From a virus (lineage: Duplodnaviria; Heunggongvirae; Uroviricota; Caudoviricetes), in the IMG/VR virus record IMGVR_UViG_3300013099_000019: a DNA stretch of 64,000 nucleotides. The stretch is one strand, 5' to 3'. Each line of letters opens with the position of its first letter. Position 1 is the stretch's first letter. This document shows, piece after piece, positions 40,823 to 47,945 of this stretch. The notes beneath the pieces were generated by a model. It ran no database searches, had not been told where the DNA came from, and was given only the letters and a program-made list of their open reading frames with translations. Both the position numbers and the translations under genes were made by a program.

Positions 40823-41151
40823 GGGCGTGTGGCGGAACGGCAGACGCATGGGAGGACCAGAAAGTCAGTCCCCTTTTATTAGAAATAGTAATCGAAAATT
40901 GGATGAATTCAAGGAAGGCTAAACCTAACTATTAGGTATGCTAACCCTGAGCGAAGCCTTAAGTACACTTAAGGAACGTGCAGAGACTACCTGAGAGATA
41001 TAGTTCTCTTAATAACAGGCAAGAGCGTCCGATACCTTAACAAATAAAGTTGCAGGTAATGAGATAGTCCATGCTACTATGAAAATAGTAGACACACAGC
41101 TTAAAATCCCTTGATCTTATGATCGTGAGAGTTCGAATCTCTCCATGCCCA
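40823..41151 (+). tRNA. tRNA-Leu(UAA)-like gene interrupted by a ~246-nt group-I-like intron
   Basis: 5' part gggcgtg-tg-gcg-gaacggcaga-cgc-a-tggga (Leu-type D arm). 3' part cttaaaa-tccct-[tgatcttatgatcgt]-gagag-ttcgaat-ctctc-catgccc-a. Acceptor gggcgtg/catgccc is fully paired. Confidence 0.6.
40854..41099 (+). other. group-I-like intron (IA-type R and S elements) within tRNA-Leu
   Basis: R-like cagagactac and S-like gagatagtcc match T4-type group IA consensus (UCAGAGACUACA / AAGAUAUAGUCC). A P9-like hairpin ctacta..tagtag is present. The intron ends with G (41099) directly before the anticodon loop cttaaaa. Confidence 0.5.
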
Positions 41152-41174
41152 AATTATTTTAAGTAGGAGTTTAT

Positions 41175-41360
41175 GTGAGAAGATTAAAATACTTAGAAAC
41201 ATCCACAATGAAAGTTGTTCTTTGTGATTGTCATCATACAACAGGTTTTGATAATTGTTTATTAACTAAAATAAAAAGCTTGCCTAAATTTGCTAATTGT
41301 GGTAGAGTACTATATATTAAAAGGTACTTTAAAAAATTAATGGTTTTGTGTAAAGATTGA
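41175..41360 (+). CDS. hypothetical small Cys/His-containing protein
   Basis: 61-aa ORF between tRNA genes. Confidence 0.3.
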   Translation: MRRLKYLETSTMKVVLCDCHHTTGFDNCLLTKIKSLPKFANCGRVLYIKRYFKKLMVLCKD

Positions 41361-41473
41361 CATAAGTGACTACATGACCCTCTCCATGTATGTCTGTATA
41401 GGAGCTGGCTGTCCCTACAAATTCGGTCTACGAATAACAGTTTTATTTTAAAATTTAATTAAAGGTAATTATT

Positions 41474-41590
41474 ATGACACCAGAATTTTTAAATGAAATT
41501 TCTTGGTATATAACCAGTGTTACATTTGCATTAGGTACATTTGTTATAGGTTTTGCTTTTGGTTACTGGGCAAAAAAACAAGAATATTAA
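41474..41590 (+). CDS. small single-pass membrane peptide (38 aa)
   Basis: I translated MTPEFLNEISWYITSVTFALGTFVIGFAFGYWAKKQEY. Confidence 0.3.
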   Translation: MTPEFLNEISWYITSVTFALGTFVIGFAFGYWAKKQEY

Positions 41591-41597
41591 GTATTAT

Positions 41598-41676
41598 AGG
41601 GTGATATTCTAACGGTAAGGAGCCAGGTTTTGATCCTGGTGCGAAAGCTCTGCAGGTTCGAATCCTGCTCACCCTG
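41598..41676 (+). tRNA. tRNA-Gln(UUG)-like with unusually long (12-nt) variable region
   Basis: Acceptor agggtga/tcaccct. Anticodon stem ccagg/cctgg with loop ttttgat (anticodon TTG). T arm gcagg-ttcgaat-cctgc. Confidence 0.55.
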
Positions 41677-41686
41677 AATAAAAAAT

Positions 41687-42003
41687 TTCTAATCTGGAAG
41701 GTTGGCTTAGAAGCAGCAATCCTTTAAAGAGTAGAGCAAGTACGGATCGCAAACGATGAAGCTACGAGTTGCCCAAAACACTTGTAGTGGAGATGAAGTT
41801 GGGCCAGAGTAATAAGTAAATGACGTCATACTTATAAGAGGTGATGCCTGTCTATACTACGACAAGACAACATAAAAGTATATAGATGGTAGATGCAGTC
41901 CTGCTCCTGATGAGGCGAACGAGTTGTACATGGTAAGTAGTGAAGTACCCCAGAAATGGTAAGGCGGCACTCTCTTTTGGCGTAATAGCACACCAGATTA
42001 GAA
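41687..42003 (+). ncRNA. candidate ~315-nt structured non-coding RNA in tRNA cluster
   Basis: No ORF on either strand. GC-enriched relative to flanks. An 11-bp terminal inverted repeat (ttctaatctgg / ccagattagaa) would close the domain. It lies between two tRNA genes. Confidence 0.45.
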
Positions 42004-42023
42004 TTTATTTTAAGGAGAATTAA

Positions 42024-42572
42024 ATGTTAATAACAGCATATATTGAGGAAGACTTTTTAAGTTTAGATTCAAAAAAATATGTAAATAAAAAAGAAACTGT
42101 GGTACAAGTATTACCTACAAAAAAAATGTTTGACCGGGTACAACAATTACAAATAGCTGTTAAAAATGTAAATGCAATGTACATAGATGATTTTAATTAT
42201 GCTCCTAAATGGGAAGAATTATATTTAGAAGACTCTAAAATTATCCCTGACATAGCAAGAATTGTTGTAGATAAAAGTACTATACATTGGACTTGTATTG
42301 TAAAACATACTAATATTATTGTAAGAACAGAAGTGGTAGATATTAATAAATTTTTTTCTAAATTTATTAATAAAGATGTAAAAAAGATTACTGGTACAAA
42401 TAATACTACGCCTTATGAAAAACTTAAAAGTATAGCTAATTTTGCTGTGGACGACTTAGATATTGAAGGTTTACAAGAATTATCTTATACAAGTATTCTT
42501 AATTTTCTTGATGACTGTACTAATGAGCAAATTGAACAGCAAATTGAATTTTATGGATATCCAACAAATTAA
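42024..42572 (+). CDS. hypothetical protein
   Basis: 182-aa ORF with a GGAG RBS. Confidence 0.5.
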   Translation: MLITAYIEEDFLSLDSKKYVNKKETVVQVLPTKKMFDRVQQLQIAVKNVNAMYIDDFNYAPKWEELYLEDSKIIPDIARIVVDKSTIHWTCIVKHTNIIVRTEVVDINKFFSKFINKDVKKITGTNNTTPYEKLKSIANFAVDDLDIEGLQELSYTSILNFLDDCTNEQIEQQIEFYGYPTN

Positions 42573-42582
42573 GGAGTTTTTT

Positions 42583-42804
42583 ATGTGTGATACTTGTAAA
42601 GAATTATTTAAATTATTAGAAGAATGTATAGAGTCATCTTGTGATGAGTGTAATTATCATGAGTACTCTACAGTTGCAATATCTGATTACTGTACAAATG
42701 ATGCCAGTCCTAAAAGTGCTGGATGGATGAGCGGTTCTTATGGGTGTAGTCATCATTCAAAGATAAAACAATTAAAAGAAAAATACTTGACATTAATTGA
42801 GTAG
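42583..42804 (+). CDS. Cys-rich small protein
   Basis: MCDTCKELFK...CDECNYHEY...CTND; start follows an AAGGAG RBS. Confidence 0.45.
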   Translation: MCDTCKELFKLLEECIESSCDECNYHEYSTVAISDYCTNDASPKSAGWMSGSYGCSHHSKIKQLKEKYLTLIE

Positions 42805-42806
42805 TG

Positions 42807-42815
42807 TGTTATAAT
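42807..42815 (+). promoter_or_regulatory. extended -10 promoter element (tgttataat) immediately upstream of tRNA-like gene
   Basis: TGnTATAAT lies 8 nt before the 5' end of the tRNA-like gene at 42823. Confidence 0.4.
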
Positions 42816-42822
42816 ACAAATA

Positions 42823-42953
42823 TTGGAAGTAGCTCAGTGGTAGAGCCTCAGCCCCCAAAAAATCTCTTTTCGCTTATTCCCTTAACTGTGGTGTAGAATA
42901 GAGATACTTCATACTCAAGCTGATGGTCGTTGGTTCAATCCCAACCTTCCAAT
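42823..42953 (+). ncRNA. tRNA-like gene with 66-nt conserved structured insert replacing/expanding the anticodon loop (insert family member 1)
   Basis: Acceptor ttggaag/cttccaa (7/7). D arm gctc-agtggta-gagc. Anticodon stem tcagc/gctga encloses 66 nt. T arm gttgg-ttcaatc-ccaac. The insert carries the TGCTTATTCC and GGTGTAGAATAGAGATACTTCA blocks. Confidence 0.55.
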
Positions 42954-42960
42954 TAAAATG

Positions 42961-43134
42961 TTAGAGATGGCGAAACTGGTATACGCGCTGGTAAAAAAAG
43001 CCTTTATTTGCTTATTCCCTTTATATGTAACCGTCTAGGATGGTTGCTATTTCAGTGGTGTAGAATAAAGATACTTCAAATGGGAACCGGTTAGGTTAAT
43101 CCTAGTGTAGGTTCGAGTCCTACTCTCTAGCCCA
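42961..43134 (+). ncRNA. tRNA-like gene (type II, CCA encoded) with 93-nt conserved insert (insert family member 2)
   Basis: Acceptor ttagaga/tctctag (t-g at 1:72). D arm gcg-aaactggtata-cgc. Stem ctggt/accgg encloses the insert. Variable hairpin tagg-ttaat-ccta. T arm gtagg-ttcgagt-cctac, then c-cca. The insert contains TGCTTATTCC and GGTGTAGAATAAAGATACTTCA. Confidence 0.5.
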
Positions 43135-43330
43135 TAAAAATTATTTATCGTTAGTAAGGAGCGAAACTAATGTACTTGTTGTCAAACCCTGGCAAGTATA
43201 CCGAACATATCCAATGTTTTTAAACTGGAGATATGGTACTTGAAGAATCTAGCGGTTCAAAACACCCAAGAGTAAAGGGATGTGAGGAGTGTTACGATAA
43301 ATATCTTAGTATTACTAAAAGGAAAAATAT

Positions 43331-43468
43331 ATGCCTGATACAAAAGACTTTTACTGTGTATTTAGTATTATGGGTTTAGTTTTTATAGCTACTACTGTAT
43401 GTGCTTGGGAAATTATAAAATTTGTATTTAAATTTATTGTAGCACATGTGTCAATTATATTTATGTAA
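43331..43468 (+). CDS. small hydrophobic peptide (45 aa)
   Basis: I translated MPDTKDFYCVFSIMGLVFIATTVCAWEIIKFVFKFIVAHVSIIFM. Confidence 0.25.
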   Translation: MPDTKDFYCVFSIMGLVFIATTVCAWEIIKFVFKFIVAHVSIIFM

Positions 43469-43542
43469 AGGAGTACAAATGAAACTATATCAAGAGTATG
43501 ATACCAAATAAGGAAATTTAAAAACTTATTAAGAGGTCATAC

Positions 43543-44115
43543 ATGAAAAATCAATTTTTTGTTTATACTAAAGAAGGAATTTATAAATCTTTTGTACATT
43601 ATTATCATTTACTTAATTTTTTAAGACTACGTAATTGGGGCAAATTTGGACATTCTTTTAAAGATAAACGTAGGGTCACAATAAAAGTTAAAGATACTTG
43701 GTCCTATAAGGGTAATGTATTTTTAATGGGTCCTACAAAACTTATAAAAATAAAATATATAGCTAAAGATATAAACGGTAAAGTACTTAATTGTAAAAAA
43801 CTTGAAGATGATGCTTATTACGCTGAAAATTTTAAACCTGATTATTCTAAAATAAGATATATAGGTTGGAAAGCAAGACATCAAAATTATCCTGGCTTTA
43901 GAAAAGGTCCTGTACCTTATACAGGTGGTTGGGGTAGATATTGTTGGTTAAGACATATTAAAACTACTCAAGAAAGAAGACTTAATTGTACTTATAAAAA
44001 GTATGTAAGAGCTAAAAGAAAAAATTTGCCAAGTTATTGGGACGATATAAAACGTTCAGACACAAATCGTACACAATCTTGGAAAAGAAGTAAAAAATGT
44101 AAACAATGGATGTAA
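43543..44115 (+). CDS. hypothetical basic (Lys/Arg/Trp-rich) protein
   Basis: 190-aa ORF with high pI, possibly nucleic-acid binding. Confidence 0.45.
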   Translation: MKNQFFVYTKEGIYKSFVHYYHLLNFLRLRNWGKFGHSFKDKRRVTIKVKDTWSYKGNVFLMGPTKLIKIKYIAKDINGKVLNCKKLEDDAYYAENFKPDYSKIRYIGWKARHQNYPGFRKGPVPYTGGWGRYCWLRHIKTTQERRLNCTYKKYVRAKRKNLPSYWDDIKRSDTNRTQSWKRSKKCKQWM

Positions 44116-44127
44116 AAAATAAATTAT

Positions 44128-44304
44128 GGTATATCTTGAATTAGAAAAAGTACTTAATACTTTGGTTAAAAATGCAACTAAAGAAAGTAATTTTTATCAA
44201 ACTGCTGACGCATTTAAAAAAGTTTTTGAAGATAGAACTACTACAGCAACTGACCAAGTAAATAAAATTATAAAAATTATTAAAAATAGAACTATAAGTA
44301 ACTA
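44128..44304 (+). CDS. hypothetical small protein (58 aa)
   Basis: I translated MVYLELEKVLNTLVKNATKE.... It fits the inter-ORF gap. Confidence 0.3.
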
Positions 44305-44316
44305 AATTTGTATGTT

Positions 44317-44391
44317 TAGAGATGGTGTATAGTACAGTTACTTCACTTTTAATGAAACTAACACTGTACTAGTTTGTTCCTCTCTATTTTT
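44317..44391 (+). ncRNA. conserved extended hairpin element, copy 2 (terminator-like; candidate Y-RNA-like), adjacent to tRNA-Met and the Ro60-like gene
   Basis: Same 5' arm tagagatggtgtatagtacagttacttca and 3' arm actgtactagtttgttcctctcta-ttttt as copy 1. The apical region differs between copies. Confidence 0.6.
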
Positions 44392-44393
44392 AA

Positions 44394-44468
44394 GGGCATT
44401 TAGCTTAGCTGGCCAAAAGCCATCGGCTCATAACCGATCGATCCGGGGTTCGACTCCCTGAATGCCCA
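44394..44468 (+). tRNA. tRNA-Met/Ile2 (CAU anticodon), elongator-type
   Basis: Acceptor gggcatt/aatgccc with a paired 1:72. Anticodon stem atcgg/ccgat with loop ctcataa (CAT). T loop ttcgact. Confidence 0.65.
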
Positions 44469-44512
44469 AGTATATTTATATAATTAATAATACCTTGTAA
44501 GGAGGAATTACA

Positions 44513-45889
44513 ATGGCGAGTTTAAACAAAAAACCAGTAGTAAAATTTACACATGAAGGTGGTAAAGCAAAACATATCAATGCTGCACTTGAACTTGAAA
44601 GGACAGTTATGGCTTGTATGCTTTGGGAAAGATCTTTTTATGAGTCTGGAGAATCTATTGTAGATAGAATTCAACAACTTGTAGCTAAAGTAGCCCCTAA
44701 AAAAGTAGCTGAGCTGGCAATAAAAGCACGTTATGATATGAAACTTCGTCATGTACCTTTATTACTTGTAAGTATTATGGTAAAATTACCAGCTTACAGG
44801 CCTTATGTTTCTGATACTTTATTTCAAATTATCAATAGACCTGATGAAATGGCAGAATTTTTAGCTATGTATTGGAAAGATGGAAAATGTCCTGTAGCTA
44901 ATTCTGTTAAAAGAGGTTTGGCCTCTTGTTTTCTTAAATTTAATGAGTATCAATTTTCTAAATGGAATAGACCTAATGCTATTAAACTAAGAGATGTAAT
45001 GTTTATTTGTCATCCTAAACCTGTAAATAAAAAGCAAGAAGATATGTTCAAAAGAATTGCTGATGATACTCTTGAAGTTCCTGATACTTGGGAAGTAGCA
45101 CTTAGTTCAGGAGCAGATAAGCAAAAAACATGGACAAGATTACTAGAAGAGAAAAAGTTGGGCGGTATGGCTCTTATCAGAAATCTTCGTAACATGGAGA
45201 ATGTAGGAGTAGATAAGCAATTAGTTAAAAAAAGTATTACAGAAATAAAATCTAATTTTATTTTACCCTTTAGATACATTGCTGCAGCAAAATATGCTCC
45301 TAAATTTGAACCAGAATTAGAGTATGCTATGTTTAATTCTTTAGTTACACACGATAAATTAAAAGGAAATACAGTTCTTTTGATTGATGTTTCTGGTTCT
45401 ATGTGGCAATCTCTTTCAAGTAAATCAGATATGTTACGAATTGATACTGCTTGTGGTTTAGCTATGTTACTTAGAGAAATTTGTGAAGATATAGATATTT
45501 ATACTTTCTCATTAGAATTAAAAAGTGTAGCTCCAAGAAGAGGTTTTGCACTTAGGGATGCGATTATAAATTCTCAAGATCATAGTGGAACATATTTAGG
45601 CCATGCAGTAAAAAATATTTATGCAAAGAAGGGTAGTAGTGACAGGTTTTCTGGTTATTACAGGGGACACCTTACGTTTAAAGGCCAAGGACTAAGTCCA
45701 GAACGTCTTATTGTTATAACTGATGAACAGTCCGCAGATAAAGTACCTAATCCAAAAGGTAAAGGTTATATGATGAATGTAGCCTCTTATCAAAATGGTG
45801 TAGGGTATGGCGCTTGGACACATATTGATGGTTTTAGTGAGTCATGTGTGAAATGGTTACAAGCTATGGAAAATTGTGCATTTTTATAA
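44513..45889 (+). CDS. Ro60-like (TROVE domain + vWA domain) RNA-binding protein
   Basis: The N-terminal ~300 aa resemble the Ro/TROVE fold (ERSFYESGESIVDRIQQLV...KLRHVPLLLVSIM). The C-terminus has the vWA MIDAS motif VLLIDVSGSMW. A TROVE+vWA pair is the Ro60/Rsr architecture. AGGAGG RBS is present. Confidence 0.55.
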   Translation: MASLNKKPVVKFTHEGGKAKHINAALELERTVMACMLWERSFYESGESIVDRIQQLVAKVAPKKVAELAIKARYDMKLRHVPLLLVSIMVKLPAYRPYVSDTLFQIINRPDEMAEFLAMYWKDGKCPVANSVKRGLASCFLKFNEYQFSKWNRPNAIKLRDVMFICHPKPVNKKQEDMFKRIADDTLEVPDTWEVALSSGADKQKTWTRLLEEKKLGGMALIRNLRNMENVGVDKQLVKKSITEIKSNFILPFRYIAAAKYAPKFEPELEYAMFNSLVTHDKLKGNTVLLIDVSGSMWQSLSSKSDMLRIDTACGLAMLLREICEDIDIYTFSLELKSVAPRRGFALRDAIINSQDHSGTYLGHAVKNIYAKKGSSDRFSGYYRGHLTFKGQGLSPERLIVITDEQSADKVPNPKGKGYMMNVASYQNGVGYGAWTHIDGFSESCVKWLQAMENCAFL

Positions 45890-46074
45890 AAATTAATTTA
45901 ATTAATAATTTATTGTAAGTTCTGTAAGCCGAAGATTACGGAGCTTAAAGTCTTTATTAGTATACTGTATATTTTTTACAACTAGACATGGGACTAATAC
46001 AAATTATAATACTAAGTATTTAATTATTATTAAACCATAAATGTTTGTGTTTATATACATTATATGAAGGCGAA

Positions 46075-46100
46075 AGGTTGAATGGGAAGGGGTGGGCTAG
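46075..46100 (+). repeat. G-rich motif AGGTTGAATGGGAAGGGGTGGGCTAG, copy 1
   Basis: Repeated at 46566 with 2 substitutions; lies upstream of the strong promoter. Confidence 0.6.
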
Positions 46101-46133
46101 TTATTAATTAAATAAATAAAAGTAAAAAAAAGA

Positions 46134-46162
46134 TTGACAAAATATTTTTAATGTGTTATAAT
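46134..46162 (+). promoter_or_regulatory. strong sigma70-type promoter (TTGACA-17-TATAAT with TGn)
   Basis: ttgaca(46134-39), a 17-nt spacer, then tataat(46157-62) preceded by tgt. The RBS AAGGAGG and the GTG start of the ORF at 46190 follow. Confidence 0.7.
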
Positions 46163-46189
46163 ATGTATATTAAAAATTAAGGAGGTTAC

Positions 46190-46462
46190 GTGTTAGATTT
46201 GTGTGATATGTTTGAAAGTAATGAAATTAAAGCAGTACAAGGAGTTGAAGATAGAAATCCTTTAGACTTTGCTGAAGCAGTAGGTTTAGCAGAAGCTATG
46301 ATGGACACGAGAGATGTAAATTTTGAAGATGTTGAAACTTTGTTTGATAATGATGAAGAAACACATCAAAAAGCAGAATTAGTAAGTTTAAATACAAGAC
46401 ATAATAAACAAAACATACCTCCTTTTGAACGTATGGTAATGCGCAAATGTGGATTACTTTAA
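46190..46462 (+). CDS. small acidic protein (GTG start)
   Basis: 90-aa Asp/Glu-rich ORF 6 nt after AAGGAGG. A candidate early gene expressed from the host-RNAP promoter. Confidence 0.45.
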   Translation: MLDLCDMFESNEIKAVQGVEDRNPLDFAEAVGLAEAMMDTRDVNFEDVETLFDNDEETHQKAELVSLNTRHNKQNIPPFERMVMRKCGLL

Positions 46463-46565
46463 TTTAAAAGGAAGTGTAATACTAACTATTTTAAGAGTAT
46501 GCTTTCGCGCTGCGATGACTAAAATATTTAGAATGTAAGAATGAAAGATCTTACAAGGTTGAATG

Positions 46566-46592
46566 GGTAGGGGTGGGCATAGTTTATTATGG
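46566..46592 (+). repeat. G-rich motif AGGTTGAATGGGTAGGGGTGGGCATAG, copy 2
   Basis: Near-identical to the copy at 46075; followed by tggtataac (an extended -10-like element). Confidence 0.6.
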
Positions 46593-46616
46593 TATAACAT
46601 TAAAGAAGAGATTAAA

Positions 46617-46826
46617 ATGCCAATTTATGAATATGAATGTTTAACATGTGGTACTATTTTTGAAGCACAATCTTCAATTAAAAATAGAAACACTAGAGAA
46701 TATGGCTGTACAAAATGTAAAGGCATAGGAAAACGTATTATTTCTAAATCTAGTTTTATTTTAAAAGGTTCAGGTTGGGAAAAAGACGGTTATTCGGGCA
46801 TTTCAAATAGAAGTAAATCAAAATAG
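46617..46826 (+). CDS. FmdB-family zinc-ribbon protein
   Basis: MPIYEYECLTCGTIFE...CTKCKG is the FmdB-type CxxC...CxxC N-terminus. Start chosen after the RBS rather than at 46563. Confidence 0.55.
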   Translation: MPIYEYECLTCGTIFEAQSSIKNRNTREYGCTKCKGIGKRIISKSSFILKGSGWEKDGYSGISNRSKSK

Positions 46827-46860
46827 TTTATATTAAACTAACTGTATATAGGTAAATCAA

Positions 46861-47268
46861 ATGAGAAAAAGAGTAGTTTGCTTATTGTTAGTCGTGTATT
46901 TAAGCCTTAGTGTCTTTGGTTGTTCTGAAAAACAGGTAAAGGTATCCGAGGGTTATGATTTTAAAATGTTTGGTAATGGTATAGAAGTTTATACGGAACT
47001 ATTATATAGTAATATTTATTTAAGTATTACTAATTCTAACAAAGTTTACTATCAAGCTTGGTTAGAGCATAAGTACAATAGTGACACTAAAAAAGGAAAC
47101 GAAAGACAACTTATATACAAAGGTAATAGTCATAATTACAATATTGTAATAACACTTCCAGATGATACTACCGATACTGAACATAAGTTTAAAATAAGAA
47201 TATTAAACAGTAATGGTACACTTTTGTATAAAACTCCATTACTAAATTTTAAAAAAAGGAGAAAATAG
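46861..47268 (+). CDS. lipoprotein
   Basis: Signal peptide MRKRVVCLLLVVYLSLSVFGC with a lipobox (VFGC). Confidence 0.55.
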   Translation: MRKRVVCLLLVVYLSLSVFGCSEKQVKVSEGYDFKMFGNGIEVYTELLYSNIYLSITNSNKVYYQAWLEHKYNSDTKKGNERQLIYKGNSHNYNIVITLPDDTTDTEHKFKIRILNSNGTLLYKTPLLNFKKRRK

Positions 47269-47269
47269 T

Positions 47270-47800
47270 ATGAAAAAAGTTTTAGTAGTACTTGCAGGAC
47301 TTGCTATGCTAGCCTGTTCTAGTGTAGTAGGAGCAGTAGAAAACCAACAGGATGAGTTCTACATCTCTGGTAATGTGGGTATCAACTTTGATACCGGAAC
47401 AGATGCCGGAGACATTAATTTTGATGAAGGTTGGCAAGGAAATCTTGCTATTGGTAATCGTATTCAAGAGCACATCAGACTTGAAGGTGAGTACCAGTAT
47501 CTTGATACTGATAATCTTTTGAAAGTTAACTCTCTTATGGCAAATGTTTATTACGATTTTCATAATTGGAACGGCTGGACCCCTTATGTAACTACAGGTA
47601 TTGGTATTGGTTGGTTTGATTACACCGATTCTAACGTATCTGGTGACGATCACTCATTTGTATGGAAACTTGGTGCCGGAATTGATTATGATATTAATGA
47701 CAACTGGAAATTAGGTGTTAGATACACTTATATGGATGCAGTTGATAACATCGACTGGGACAGTAATCTTGTAGGTGCTGTTGTAACTTATAATTTCTAA
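47270..47800 (+). CDS. 8-strand outer-membrane beta-barrel protein (OmpX/Ail/Lom-like)
   Basis: Signal peptide MKKVLVVLAGLAMLACSSVVGA. Alternating amphipathic strands rich in Tyr/Gly/Asp. C-terminal ...VVTYNF ends in Phe as in OMP barrels. About 155 aa mature. Confidence 0.6.
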   Translation: MKKVLVVLAGLAMLACSSVVGAVENQQDEFYISGNVGINFDTGTDAGDINFDEGWQGNLAIGNRIQEHIRLEGEYQYLDTDNLLKVNSLMANVYYDFHNWNGWTPYVTTGIGIGWFDYTDSNVSGDDHSFVWKLGAGIDYDINDNWKLGVRYTYMDAVDNIDWDSNLVGAVVTYNF

Positions 47801-47945
47801 TTAACAGGTATTATATGGAACGAAGGGGAGAAATTTTTCTGTTAGGGTGCTTTGTAAAGTTACAAAGTGGTCATCGTCCATATATTTTTTATAAAAGAGT
47901 TTCATATAGAAGCTCTAATTTATTAAATCTTATGGAGGATTTAAA

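Noticed and set aside
41880-41905. Hammerhead ribozyme core (ctgatgag gc gaac) inside the 315-nt non-coding region.
   Set aside because: Helix II would be only 1-2 bp, and no matching helix I/III partners or cleavage-site triplet could be aligned by eye.
42853-42918. Interpreting the 66-93-nt tRNA inserts as ordinary group I introns or archaeal BHB introns.
   Set aside because: They are far too short for a group I core (about 200 nt or more), and I could not find a bulge-helix-bulge arrangement at the junctions. They are left as an unexplained conserved structure.
46563-46826. The track ORF start at 46563 (MGRGGHSLLWYN...).
   Set aside because: Its first 18 codons are simply the G-rich repeat motif read in frame. 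The conserved FmdB-type N-terminus MPIYEYEC begins at 46617 with its own RBS.
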